A stretch of DNA of 64,000 nt. It comes from Betaproteobacteria bacterium RIFCSPLOWO2_12_FULL_68_20. GTDB taxonomy: Bacteria; Pseudomonadota; Gammaproteobacteria; Burkholderiales; SG8-39. The stretch is taken from positions 32,739-96,738 of the forward strand of contig MERQ01000001.1 in assembly GCA_001770655.1 (NCBI GenBank), read 5' to 3'. Position 1 is the first letter of the stretch. Every line of letters begins with the position of its first letter. This document shows positions 42,660 to 56,110 of this stretch, piece after piece. Made by a program: the position numbers and the translations under genes. A model generated the notes under the pieces. That model saw nothing but the letters and a program-made list of their open reading frames with translations. It searched no databases and was not told where the DNA came from.

Positions 42660-43306
42660 CGACGCGGCGCGACTGGCTGCTCGCCGCGTCGGTCCTGCCG
42701 CTCGCCCGGGCGGGCGCGCTGCTCGCTTCGGGAACGGTGGAGAAGGGCGTGTACCGCGTGCGCGGCGACGTGCGCGTCAACGGCAGGCCGGCGGTGCCGG
42801 GGATGGACGTGAAAGCGGGAGACGTCGTCGCTACCGGACCCGACGGCGAGGCGGTGTTCGTCGTGTACCGCGATGCCTTCCTGGTGCGCGCGAATTCGCG
42901 CGTCGAGATGCAGGGCACGGCCGGCGCTCTGCTCGTGACCGGGCTGCGCCTGGCGACCGGCGCGATCCTGTCGGTGTTCCCGCCGGGCGAGCGCAAGACC
43001 ATCCGCACCGCCACCGCCACCATCGGCATCCGCGGCACCGGGGTCTACGTGGAGGCCGAGCCCGCGAGGACCTATGTCTGCACCTGCTACGGTGAGGCCG
43101 ATCTGGAGCCGGCGGACGACCCGGCGGAGCGCGAAACCGTGAGGACCGTCCATCACGACGAGCCGCGCTACGTGATGGCCAAAGGCATGCCGCAAATGAT
43201 CATGAAGGCGCCGGTGGTCAACCACACCGACGCAGAGCTGACGCTGCTCGAAAGCCTGGTCGGCCGCGAGCCCGCGTTCGCCGGCAAGGGCTACAAGTCC
43301 TACTGA
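42656..43306 (+). CDS. exported FecR-domain-like protein (Tat-type signal)
   Basis: MTTRRDWLLAASVLPLARAGA, then a beta-rich region with RVNGRPAVPGMDVKAGDVVATGPDGEAVFV. Also a CTCYGE motif. Confidence 0.5.
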   Translation: MTTRRDWLLAASVLPLARAGALLASGTVEKGVYRVRGDVRVNGRPAVPGMDVKAGDVVATGPDGEAVFVVYRDAFLVRANSRVEMQGTAGALLVTGLRLATGAILSVFPPGERKTIRTATATIGIRGTGVYVEAEPARTYVCTCYGEADLEPADDPAERETVRTVHHDEPRYVMAKGMPQMIMKAPVVNHTDAELTLLESLVGREPAFAGKGYKSY

Positions 43307-43307
43307 A

Positions 43308-46085
<2,778 letters not shown>

Positions 46086-46466
46086 TTACCCGGTTTTCCG
46101 CTGCGAGAGGGCGCGCGCGATCGACGCGGCGACCGCCTCGCGCACCATCTGCGTGACGGTCACGGTGAGCTCCGCGCGAACGGCTTCGAGCGAGCGCCCG
46201 AGCACCTCGGTCAGGGTGCGCGCCAGGCGCTCCTCGATCAGCCTGTCCACCTCGGGGCCGAGCCGCTCGAGCACCGCGTCCTCGAGCATCCGCGCCAGAG
46301 CCTCCACGGTGGCCTCGTCGACGCCCGGGCCGGCGCTCGCCGCCGCCTCCGGATCGACCACTTCGGTGAGCACCGGAAGCTCGCCGCCGCCGGGATCGTG
46401 CCGGCGCAGCAGCGCGTTCACCCGCTTCACCAGCGGATTGGGTTCGCGCGGCTCGCCGTCACTCAC
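46086..46466 (-). CDS. hypothetical protein between holC and valS
   Basis: Acidic, Leu-rich ORF with coding-type codon bias. The start is uncertain (GTG 46466 or TTG 46484). Confidence 0.3.
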   Translation of the reverse strand: MSDGEPREPNPLVKRVNALLRRHDPGGGELPVLTEVVDPEAAASAGPGVDEATVEALARMLEDAVLERLGPEVDRLIEERLARTLTEVLGRSLEAVRAELTVTVTQMVREAVAASIARALSQRKTG

Positions 46467-46893
46467 TGCGCGCCTGCCCGGCAAGATCGTGGTGGCTTAC
46501 CTGGTAGCCGCGGCTGCGGTACTCGCGGTAGCGCGCTCGGGCCCCTTCGCGGTCGGCGCTCTCGGTCGACACCACCTCGAGCAGCCGATCGAAGCGCTCG
46601 AAATGCGGCGGGCACTCGGCCGAGAGGTTGAGCAGCATCTCGCAGCCCTCGGGGACCTCGGTGCCCGAGGCGATGAGCACCGGCGTATCGGGGGCGAGCG
46701 GGTCGTGCGCGGCGCAGTGCGGCACGAAGCCGATCGCGGGCCAGGTCCACAGCATGCGGTCGATGCGCTGCGCGGTCTCGGGCTGCGGCGCATACACGAG
46801 CACGCGCTTGTTCCTTGCGATCGCCTGGCCGGCCAGGCGGCAGGCGACCTGCATCCTGTCATCCGCGTTGAAATAGAAATCTATTTCCGTCAC
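46459..46893 (-). CDS. holC: DNA polymerase III subunit chi
   Basis: TEIDFYFNADDRMQVACRLAGQAIARNKRVLVYA ... FVPH. GTGA overlap with the pepA stop. Conserved pepA-holC-valS order. Confidence 0.8.
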   Translation of the reverse strand: MTEIDFYFNADDRMQVACRLAGQAIARNKRVLVYAPQPETAQRIDRMLWTWPAIGFVPHCAAHDPLAPDTPVLIASGTEVPEGCEMLLNLSAECPPHFERFDRLLEVVSTESADREGARARYREYRSRGYQVSHHDLAGQARSE

Positions 46894-48377
46894 TTCTTTC
46901 CGGCGTGCCGCAGCACGAAGCGAACGAGCAGCGGCACCGGCCGGCCGGTCGAGCCTTTCTCGCGGCCGCTCTTCCACGCGGTGCCGGCGATATCGAGGTG
47001 CGCCCAGCGCAGCTTGCTTGCGAAGCGCGAAAGGAAGCAGGCCGCGGTGACGCTGCCAGCAGGGCGGCCGCCGATGTTCGCCATGTCGGCGAAGTTGGAG
47101 CGCAACTGCTCCTGGTAGTCTTCCCACAGCGGCATCTGCCAGACCCGGTCCCAGGCGTCCCCGGCCGCTTCGCGGATCTCGTCGGCGAGCGTCTGGTCGT
47201 TGGCGAACAGTCCCGTCGCCACGTGGCCGAGAGCGATCACGCACGCGCCGGTAAGCGTCGCGATGTCCACCACTGCCTCGGGATCGAAGCGCGCCGCGTA
47301 CGTGAGCGCATCGCACAGGATCAGCCGCCCCTCGGCGTCCGTATTGAGGATCTCGACCGTCTGGCCCGAGAGCGTGGTGACGATGTCGCCGGGCTTCGAG
47401 GCGGCGCCGCCCGGCATGTTCTCGCAGGCCGGGATTATGCCGACCACGTTCACCGGCGCGCGCATGGCCGCGAGCGCCCGCAACGCGCCGAGCACGCTGC
47501 CCGCGCCCGACATGTCGAACTTCATCTCGTCCATCTCGCCCGAGGGCTTGAGCGAGATGCCGCCGGTGTCGAACGTAATGCCCTTGCCGACGAACGCCAC
47601 GGGCTTGCGGCCGCGCGCGCCCCCCGAGTACTTGAGCACGATCAGCTTGGGCGGCTGGCGCGAGCCCCTGGTCACCGAGACCAGGGCTCCCATGCCCAGC
47701 TTTTCCATGTCGCGGCGCTCGAGCACCTCGATCGCCAGCTTGAACTGCCGCGCGAGCTTGCGCGCCTCCTCGGCGAGGTAAGCGGGGGTGCAGATGTTGG
47801 ACGGAAGGTTGCCGAGCGTGCGGGCAAGGGCGGCGCCGTCGGCGGTCGCGACCGCCTCCCTCAGGGCCTCGCGCAGCGGCGCGGTTGCGGCGGCGGCGAT
47901 CGTCACCGACGCCAACGCCGGCGCGGGAGATTTCTTCTGGGTCTTGAGCTGATCGAATCGGTAAAACGCTTCGCGCATCCCGAGCACCAGGTGGCGCAGG
48001 TTCCACGCCGGCGGCCGCGCGCCCGCCTTGAGCTCGGCGAAGAACACCGCGGCGTCCTTCGCGCCGAGGTCCTTCAGCGCGTTCGCAGCGCCGCGCACCG
48101 CGTCGCGGTAGGCGGCTTCGGCGAACTCCTTGCGCTCGCCGAGCCCGACCAGCAGGATTCGCTCGGCGGCGAGCCCCGGCACGCGTCGCAGCAGCAGCGT
48201 CGAGCCGGTCTTGCCCGAGACATCGCCGAGCGCTTCGCGCAGCGCGCCGCGCGCGGCGCGGTCGGCGAGCTGCGCGGCGCGCGTGAGCTCGGCGCCGCGC
48301 GCGCCGCGGTACACGCCGAGCACGAGGCAGCCGGTTTTCGCCTTCCCGGGCGAGAGCGTCTTTATGCTAAATTCCAC
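46890..48377 (-). CDS. pepA: leucyl aminopeptidase (M17)
   Basis: VEFSIKTLSPGKAKTGCLVLGVY start; NTDAEGRLILCD signature. GTG 48377 is preferred to ATG 48413, which would overlap the divergent lptF start. Confidence 0.9.
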   Translation of the reverse strand: MEFSIKTLSPGKAKTGCLVLGVYRGARGAELTRAAQLADRAARGALREALGDVSGKTGSTLLLRRVPGLAAERILLVGLGERKEFAEAAYRDAVRGAANALKDLGAKDAAVFFAELKAGARPPAWNLRHLVLGMREAFYRFDQLKTQKKSPAPALASVTIAAAATAPLREALREAVATADGAALARTLGNLPSNICTPAYLAEEARKLARQFKLAIEVLERRDMEKLGMGALVSVTRGSRQPPKLIVLKYSGGARGRKPVAFVGKGITFDTGGISLKPSGEMDEMKFDMSGAGSVLGALRALAAMRAPVNVVGIIPACENMPGGAASKPGDIVTTLSGQTVEILNTDAEGRLILCDALTYAARFDPEAVVDIATLTGACVIALGHVATGLFANDQTLADEIREAAGDAWDRVWQMPLWEDYQEQLRSNFADMANIGGRPAGSVTAACFLSRFASKLRWAHLDIAGTAWKSGREKGSTGRPVPLLVRFVLRHAGKK

Positions 48378-48411
48378 CGCGAGCTCCCTCGAATCCGGGC
48401 GCAAGTATCGC

Positions 48412-49488
48412 ATGATCTTTCACCGCGCGCTGCTGCGGGAATTCGCCAGCCTCGCCGGCGCGGTGTTCCTGACGCTGTTCGCGATTTCTCTCACCACGCG
48501 GCTCATCCGCCTGCTCGGACAGGCGGCCGGCGGCAGGATTCCCTCGGACGCGGTGATCGCGTTGCTCGGTTTTTTCGCGCTGTACGCGCTGCCGGTGCTG
48601 CTCTCGCTCACCATGTTCATCTCGGTGCTGCTCACGCTGACGCGAAGCTGGCGCGACTCCGAGATGGTGATCTGGTTCAACTCCGGGCTGTCGCTCGCCG
48701 CCTGGCTGAAGCCGGTGCTGATCTTCGCCACTCCGCAAGTGGCGCTGATCGCGGCGCTGTCGCTTTTCATCTCGCCGTGGTCGGCGCAGATGAGCGAGCA
48801 GTACCGCACCCGGGTCGAGGCGCGCGACGACGTCTCGCGCGTGAATCCGGGGGTGTTCGGCGAGTCGTCGAACCGCGAGCGCGTGTTCTTCGTCGAGTCG
48901 GTCGCGGGCGATCGGAGCACGGTCCAGAACGTGTTCGTGAGCTCGGTCCAGCACCAGAGGCGCGGCATCAGCATGAGCCGCAGCGGCCGCAGCGAGACCG
49001 CGCCGAACGGCGACCGCTTCCTCGTGCTCGAGGACGGCCGGCGCTACGAGGACGTGCACGGCGAGGAGCGCTACCGCGTGATGGAGTTCCAGCGCTACGC
49101 GGCGCGCATCGCGTCGAAGGAGGGCGTCGAGCCGGTTCCCACGCACAAGAACCTGCCGACCTGGGCGCTGATCCAGGCGCCGACCAGCGCCAACCTGGGC
49201 GAGCTGCTGTGGCGCATCGGCGTGCCGATCTCGGCGCTGGTGCTGGCGCTGTTCGCGATTCCGATGAGCTTCGTGAACCCGCGCGCCGGGCGCTCGATCA
49301 ACCTGCTGTTCGCCCTGTTCACCTTCATGGTGTACTCGAATCTGCTCACCGTGAGCCAGGCGCGCGTCGCGCAGGGCAGGCTCGACTTCTCGCTCGGGTG
49401 GTGGCTGGTGCACGCCGTCATGGTGGCGCTGCTGCTTGTCATGTTCGCCCGGCGCATGCAGCTGCTGCGGTTGCGGCTGGGACGCTAG
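48412..49488 (+). CDS. lptF: LPS export ABC permease LptF
   Basis: MIFHRALLREFASLAGAVFLTLFAISLTTRLIRLLGQAAGGRIP. Divergent from pepA, as in E. coli. Confidence 0.85.
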   Translation: MIFHRALLREFASLAGAVFLTLFAISLTTRLIRLLGQAAGGRIPSDAVIALLGFFALYALPVLLSLTMFISVLLTLTRSWRDSEMVIWFNSGLSLAAWLKPVLIFATPQVALIAALSLFISPWSAQMSEQYRTRVEARDDVSRVNPGVFGESSNRERVFFVESVAGDRSTVQNVFVSSVQHQRRGISMSRSGRSETAPNGDRFLVLEDGRRYEDVHGEERYRVMEFQRYAARIASKEGVEPVPTHKNLPTWALIQAPTSANLGELLWRIGVPISALVLALFAIPMSFVNPRAGRSINLLFALFTFMVYSNLLTVSQARVAQGRLDFSLGWWLVHAVMVALLLVMFARRMQLLRLRLGR

Positions 49489-49498
49489 CAGCGCGCGC

Positions 49499-50581
49499 GT
49501 GGCCGCGATCCGCACCCTGGAGCGCTACCTCGCCGCGCAGATCTACGGCGCGGTCGTCTTCGTGCTGGTGGGATTCCTCGCGCTGTTCGCGTTCTTCGAC
49601 CTGATCCGGGAGCTCGGCGATCTCGGCAAGGGCGACTATCAGTTGCGGCAGGTGTTCACCTTCGTGCTGCTGTCGGTGCCGGCGCACGCCTACGAGCTGT
49701 TCCCGGTGGTGGTGCTGATCGGCACGCTCTACGTGCTGGCTCATCTGGCGAGCAATTCCGAATACACGGTGATGCGCGGCTCGGGGCTGTCGCCCCGCCA
49801 GGCGGGCTGGGCGCTCGCCAAGATCGGGGTGGCGTTCGTGGTGGCGACCTTCGTCATCGGCGAATGGATCGCGCCGGTGGCGGAACAGGCAGCGCAGAAG
49901 GTGCGCCTGCGCGCGATGAGCTCGCTCATCGGGCAGGACCTCGACTCCGGGCTGTGGTTCAAGGACGAGCGCTCGTTCATCAACGTGCGCGAGGCGCGCC
50001 AGGCGAACTCGCTCGCCGGCGTGCGCATCTACGAGTTCGACGCCGCCTACCGCCTGCGCACGGTGCGCACTGCCGAGCGCGGCGAGTACCGGGGCGAGGG
50101 GCTGTGGGCGCTGACCGGCGTGGTGCAGACGCGGTTCACCCCCGGCGGCCCGCAGACCACGCGCGTTGCGGAGGCCGATTGGCGCAGCGCGATCACCCCG
50201 GACATGCTGGACGTCCTGATCGTGGCCCCGGACCGCATGTCGGCGTGGCGGCTGTACAAGTACATTCAGCACCTGGCGGAGAACCGCCAGAAGACCGAGC
50301 GCTACGAGATCGCGCTGTGGAAGAAGCTGTTCTATCCGCTCGCGACGCTGATCATGATGGCGCTCGCGCTGCCGTTCGCCTACATCCAGGCGCGCGCCGG
50401 CATGGTCGGCGTCAAGGTGTTCCTCGGCATCATGCTCGGCATCTTCTTCCACATGCTGAACAGCCTGTTCTCGCACGTCGGGCTGCTGCAGAACTGGCCG
50501 CCGATCAGCGCCGCGGCGCTGCCCAGCGCGGCGTTCTTCCTCGCGGCGCTGGCGATGATGTGGTGGGTGGAGCGTAGGTAG
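49499..50581 (+). CDS. lptG: LPS export ABC permease LptG
   Basis: GTG start. LERYLAAQIYGAVVFVLVGFLALFAFFDLIRELGDLG. 360 aa. Confidence 0.85.
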   Translation: MAAIRTLERYLAAQIYGAVVFVLVGFLALFAFFDLIRELGDLGKGDYQLRQVFTFVLLSVPAHAYELFPVVVLIGTLYVLAHLASNSEYTVMRGSGLSPRQAGWALAKIGVAFVVATFVIGEWIAPVAEQAAQKVRLRAMSSLIGQDLDSGLWFKDERSFINVREARQANSLAGVRIYEFDAAYRLRTVRTAERGEYRGEGLWALTGVVQTRFTPGGPQTTRVAEADWRSAITPDMLDVLIVAPDRMSAWRLYKYIQHLAENRQKTERYEIALWKKLFYPLATLIMMALALPFAYIQARAGMVGVKVFLGIMLGIFFHMLNSLFSHVGLLQNWPPISAAALPSAAFFLAALAMMWWVERR

Positions 50582-50753
50582 GGTTTTCGCTTTTCTACGA
50601 TCTCGCGATTTCCCGCGCCTCTTGCCTTTGCGGGAAATCGCGAGACATTGGTGCGATCGCGTTTGGCAAACGCCTCAGCTATGCGACGGCCTCAATGTCT
50701 CGTCATTTCCGCAAAAGAAAAGACGCGGAAATGACGAGATCGGATAAAAGCGC
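50582..50753 (+). repeat. 171-bp double-hairpin intergenic repeat, copy C (divergent, with compensatory stem changes)
   Basis: TCTCGCGATTTCCCGC/GCGGGAAATCGCGAGA and TCTCGTCATTTCCGC/GCGGAAATGACGAGA. It starts at the base after the lptG stop and ends 6 nt before the convergent RDD-gene stop. Confidence 0.9.
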
Positions 50754-50759
50754 AATAAC

Positions 50760-51149
50760 CTACACCATCACCAGCCGCGTGCCGGCAAGCCGATCGTGCA
50801 GGAACATCCGCTCGCGATCGAACAAGGCCCACACGAGCGAGATCCCTGTGGGCACGAGGATCGCCGCGAGCGCGAGGCGCACGAGCGCCGTGCGCGGCGT
50901 CGCGCCCTGCAGCCGGATGCGCCAGGCCTTCATGGCGAGCGTCTGCCCGCCGCGCAGCCAGCACCACAGGAAATAGGCGGCAAACGCCGCGGCGATGAAC
51001 AGCTGCAGCGCGTGGCGAATCCACCCGAGCGTGGCGTCGCGCCCGCCGCTCGCGAAAAAGAATACCCAGGCGGCGAAGAAGGCGACCGCGGCGAGCAGTA
51101 GCGCCTCGTAGAGCATGCTTGCAAGGCGCCGCGCCAGGCCGGGCGTCAC
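50760..51149 (-). CDS. RDD family membrane protein
   Basis: RRLASMLYEALLLAAVAFFAAWVFFF ... GQTLAMKAWRIRL. The GTG start overlaps the upstream stop. Confidence 0.65.
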   Translation of the reverse strand: MTPGLARRLASMLYEALLLAAVAFFAAWVFFFASGGRDATLGWIRHALQLFIAAAFAAYFLWCWLRGGQTLAMKAWRIRLQGATPRTALVRLALAAILVPTGISLVWALFDRERMFLHDRLAGTRLVMV

Positions 51150-51604
51150 TTCTTGGACGACCTGGTGGATTTCGCCCGTGGCTTCAGTTGCGGCTCGGGC
51201 GTCCACAGCCGCTCGCGCTCGTGCGACGGCAGCGCCAGATACTCCGCCCACTGCTGGCGCAGGTCGCCGCGCTTGGCGCGCGCCGCCTCGCTCATGCGCT
51301 TGTAGCGCTCGCGCACGTGCTGGCGCTCCTGCGGGCTCAGGTTCGCCCAGGTCTGCATGCGCCGCTGCACGCGCTGCTGCTCCTCGGGCTTCATCTTCGG
51401 ATAGCGCTTGGCGATGCCGATCCACTTGCGCCGGCGCTCCGGGGCCAGGCTTTCCCAGTCGGCCTTGAGCGGCGCGAGGACCTGCTGCTGCTCGGCGGTG
51501 AGCTCGGCCCAGGCGGGGCGCTTGGCGCCCGTCTGGGCGAGCGCGCCGCCGGCAACGGCACACAGCGCCGCCACCAGCAGGGCGCCGAGAAGGACGCGGC
51601 GCAT
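51146..51604 (-). CDS. DUF3106-family exported protein
   Basis: Signal peptide. Repeated W..L..E.Q / RW motifs (AWAELTAEQQQVLAPLKADWESLAPERRRKW, QTWANLSPQERQ). Confidence 0.65.
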   Translation of the reverse strand: MRRVLLGALLVAALCAVAGGALAQTGAKRPAWAELTAEQQQVLAPLKADWESLAPERRRKWIGIAKRYPKMKPEEQQRVQRRMQTWANLSPQERQHVRERYKRMSEAARAKRGDLRQQWAEYLALPSHERERLWTPEPQLKPRAKSTRSSKK

Positions 51605-51984
51605 CACTCCTCCGCCGCGCGCTTCTTGAGCCAGTTCTGGAAGCCGCGATCGAGATACGCGTCGATCGGCAGCTCGTCGGTGAGCAGCCGGGCGTCCAGC
51701 TCCTCGATCTCGGCCGCGCGCTGGTTCTGCTGCCAGCCGTAGAGCGCCGCCGCGGCGATTGCGAGCGCCGCGGCGGGGAGCAGCACGCGCAGCGAAAGCC
51801 CGCCGAACCCGCCGACGCGGCCGAGGACGTTGTCGGCCCATTGCAGGGCGGGCGCGCGCTCGGGACGCTGGCGCTCCAGCGCGCGTTCGCGCGCCGCGCG
51901 CAGCCTCGCGGCCGTGCGCTCTTCGAGCCTCAGCCCCTGGTTGAGGATCTGCCGGATCCTGTTGGCGAATTGAGGTTCGTTCAT
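51604..51984 (-). CDS. DUF3619-family membrane protein (putative anti-sigma partner)
   Basis: 126 aa with a single TM helix. It sits directly downstream of the ECF sigma gene, in the usual sigma-DUF3619-DUF3106-RDD order. Confidence 0.6.
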   Translation of the reverse strand: MNEPQFANRIRQILNQGLRLEERTAARLRAARERALERQRPERAPALQWADNVLGRVGGFGGLSLRVLLPAAALAIAAAALYGWQQNQRAAEIEELDARLLTDELPIDAYLDRGFQNWLKKRAAEE

Positions 51985-52009
51985 GGCTTGATCGGGACGC
52001 GCGCCGCGC

Positions 52010-52540
52010 TCAAAGCGTGATGCCTCGCGCCTTGAGCGCGCTCGCCAGAGCGTGCGCAGCCCGGGAGCAGTGCGTTTTCACGCTGCCCTCCGAGCAGCCC
52101 ATCACCCTGGCGGTTTCGGCGACGTCCAGTTCCTCCCAGTAACGCATGATAAAAGCCTGACGTTGACGGGCCGGCAAGTTCGCGATCTCTTGGTCAATGA
52201 TTTCAAGGACTTGAGATCGTTCGAGGCGTTCTGCCGGCGCCTCTTCGGAATTCGAGTCGCTAGCCGGCCGCAAGGTTTCCAACGGGTCGGCATCTTCGTC
52301 ATCCCCGCGTCCCGGCACAAGCGAGGACAGGAGCGTCGTCCACAACGAGCGCACCCTCTGGCGCCGGAAAAAATCGCGGATCGCATTCTGCAGGATACGG
52401 TGGAAGACGAGCGGCAACTCGGCCGCCGGCAAATGACCGTAGCGCTCGGCGAGCCGCAACATCGCGTCCTGCACGATGTCGAGCGCCTCCTCCTTGTCGC
52501 GCACGGCGAATACCGCCTGCTTGAACGCCCGGCGCTCCAC
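52010..52540 (-). CDS. ECF-type RNA polymerase sigma-70 factor
   Basis: Region 2: EEALDIVQDAMLRLAERY. Region 4: LPARQRQAFIMRYWEELDVAETARVMGCSEGSVKTHCSRA. GTG start. Confidence 0.85.
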   Translation of the reverse strand: MERRAFKQAVFAVRDKEEALDIVQDAMLRLAERYGHLPAAELPLVFHRILQNAIRDFFRRQRVRSLWTTLLSSLVPGRGDDEDADPLETLRPASDSNSEEAPAERLERSQVLEIIDQEIANLPARQRQAFIMRYWEELDVAETARVMGCSEGSVKTHCSRAAHALASALKARGITL

Positions 52541-52660
52541 CCCCTCGAGGAATGCCGAAAGCTCGGTGCGGGATGCCAGGGTGAACCCTCTGTCAGGGGC
52601 GTCGTTGTCGGGCAGTCGATGTTACCATCATGGTTTTCAACGCTTTTTGCCGAACGCCGC

Positions 52661-54373
52661 ATGGATCGGGTCAAGGGGAAATCGCTCACCGGCGCCGAGA
52701 TCGTGGTGCGCTGCCTCCAGGAGGAGGGGGTCGAGTACGTCTTCGGCTATCCCGGCGGGGCGGTCCTGTTCATCTATGACGAGCTGTTCAAGCAGGACAA
52801 GGTGCGCCACGTGCTGGTGCGCCACGAGCAGGGCGCCGCGCACGCCGCCGACGGCTATTCGCGCTCCTCGAACAAGATCGGCGTGTGCCTGGTGACCTCG
52901 GGCCCCGGCGTCACCAACGCGGTGACCGGGATCGCCACGGCATACATGGACTCGATCCCGATGGTGGTGCTCACCGGCCAGGTGCCGACGCATGCGATCG
53001 GGCTGGACGCTTTCCAGGAGTGCGACACCGTCGGCATTACGCGGCCCTGCGTGAAGCACAACTTCCTGGTGAAGGACGTGAAGGACCTCGCGACCACCAT
53101 CAAGAAGGCGTTCTACCTCGCGACCACCGGGCGCCCCGGGCCGGTCCTGGTCGACATCCCGAAGGACGTCACCGCCGCGACCTGCGAGTTCCACTACCCC
53201 GGGACCATCGCGTTGCGCTCCTACAACCCGGTGAAGAAGGGCCACGCCGGGCAGATCAAGAAGGCGGTGCAGCTGCTCACGGAGGCCGAGCGCCCGATGG
53301 TCTATACCGGCGGCGGCGTGATCCTGTCGAACGCGGCGCCGCAGCTCACCGAGCTGGTGCGGCTGCTCGGGTTTCCCTGCACCAACACGCTGATGGGGCT
53401 GGGCGCGTATCCGGGAACGGACCGCCAGTTTCTCGGCATGCCCGGCATGCACGGCACCTACCAGACGAACATGGCGATGCAGCATTGCGACGTGCTGCTC
53501 GCGATCGGCGCGCGCTTCGACGACCGCGTGATCGGCAACCCGGCCCACTTCGCGCAGAACCCGCGCAAGATCATCCACATCGACATCGACCCGTCGTCGA
53601 TCTCGAAGCGGGTGAAGGTCGACGTGCCGATCGTCGGCAACATCCCGGATGTGCTCGACGATCTCCTGAAGCTTCTGAAGAACGAGAAGCCCCGCGACAT
53701 CAAGGCCTGGTGGAAACAGATCGAGGAATGGCGCGCCAAGGACTGCCTGAAGTACGACCGCAAGTCGAAGATCATCAAGCCGCAGTTCGTGCTGGAGAAG
53801 CTCTACGAGGTGACCAAGGGCGACGCGTTCGTGACCTCCGACGTCGGCCAGCACCAGATGTGGGCGGCGCAGTTCTACAAGTTCGACAAGCCGCGGCGCT
53901 GGATCAATTCCGGGGGCCTGGGCACGATGGGCTTCGGCCTGCCCGCGGCGATGGGCGTGCAGATGGCGAACCCGGGCGCCACGGTCGCGTGCGTGACCGG
54001 GGAATCGTCGATCCAGATGTGCCTGCAGGAGCTCTCGACCTGCAAGCAGTATCGCCTGCCGATCAAGATCGTCAACCTCAACAACAAGTACATGGGCATG
54101 GTGCGCCAGTGGCAGCAGTTTTTCCACGGCAACCGCTACTCCGAGTCCTACATGGACGCGCTGCCCGACTTCGTGAAGCTCGCGGAGGGCTACGGGCACC
54201 GCGGCATGCTGGTCGAAAAGCCCGGCGACGTGGAGCCCGCGCTGCGCGAGGCGTTCGCGCGCACGAACGAGCTGGTGTTCCTCGACTTCATCACCGACCA
54301 GGCGGAGAACGTGTATCCGATGATCCCCGGCGGCAAGGGGATCACCGAGATGATCCTTTCCGAAGACCTGTGA
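52661..54373 (+). CDS. ilvB: acetolactate synthase large (catalytic) subunit
   Basis: LTGAEIVVRCLQEEGVEYVFGYPGGAVL; TPP motif GGLGTMGFGLPAAMG. 570 aa. Confidence 0.95.
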   Translation: MDRVKGKSLTGAEIVVRCLQEEGVEYVFGYPGGAVLFIYDELFKQDKVRHVLVRHEQGAAHAADGYSRSSNKIGVCLVTSGPGVTNAVTGIATAYMDSIPMVVLTGQVPTHAIGLDAFQECDTVGITRPCVKHNFLVKDVKDLATTIKKAFYLATTGRPGPVLVDIPKDVTAATCEFHYPGTIALRSYNPVKKGHAGQIKKAVQLLTEAERPMVYTGGGVILSNAAPQLTELVRLLGFPCTNTLMGLGAYPGTDRQFLGMPGMHGTYQTNMAMQHCDVLLAIGARFDDRVIGNPAHFAQNPRKIIHIDIDPSSISKRVKVDVPIVGNIPDVLDDLLKLLKNEKPRDIKAWWKQIEEWRAKDCLKYDRKSKIIKPQFVLEKLYEVTKGDAFVTSDVGQHQMWAAQFYKFDKPRRWINSGGLGTMGFGLPAAMGVQMANPGATVACVTGESSIQMCLQELSTCKQYRLPIKIVNLNNKYMGMVRQWQQFFHGNRYSESYMDALPDFVKLAEGYGHRGMLVEKPGDVEPALREAFARTNELVFLDFITDQAENVYPMIPGGKGITEMILSEDL

Positions 54374-54864
54374 CGCGTCACATCATCTCGGTGCTGGTCG
54401 AGAACGAGGCCGGGGCGCTGTCGCGCATCGCGGGGCTGTTTTCCGCGCGCGGCTACAACATCGAATCGCTCACCGTCGCGCCGACGGAGGATGCGTCGCT
54501 GTCGCGCATGACCGTCGTCACCTCCGGCTCCGAGGACGTGATCGAGCAGATCACCAAGCAGCTCAACAAGCTGGTCGACGTGGTGAAGGTGGTCGATCTT
54601 TCCGAGGCCGAGCACATCGAGCGCGAGCTGATGCTCATCAAGGTGCGCGCCGGGCAGAAGGACCGCGAGGACATGAAAAGGATGGCCGACATCTTCCGCG
54701 GCCGCATCATCGACGTCTCGGACAACACCTACACCATCGAGCTCACCGGCGACGGCAGGAAGCTCGACGCCTTCATCCAGGCGCTCGACCAGGCCGCGAT
54801 CATCGAGACGGTGCGCACCGGCACCAGTGGAATAGGCCGAGGCAACCGGGTCCTTAGAATCTAG
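54370..54864 (+). CDS. ilvN: acetolactate synthase small (regulatory) subunit
   Basis: GTGA coupling. RHIISVLVENEAGALSRIAGLFSARGYNIESLTVAPTED (ACT domain). Confidence 0.9.
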   Translation: MTRHIISVLVENEAGALSRIAGLFSARGYNIESLTVAPTEDASLSRMTVVTSGSEDVIEQITKQLNKLVDVVKVVDLSEAEHIERELMLIKVRAGQKDREDMKRMADIFRGRIIDVSDNTYTIELTGDGRKLDAFIQALDQAAIIETVRTGTSGIGRGNRVLRI

Positions 54865-54903
54865 GGACGGACCATGGGTCCGGCCCGAGGGTTTTTAGCG
54901 TAG

Positions 54904-56107
<1,204 letters not shown>

Positions 56108-56110
56108 CGC

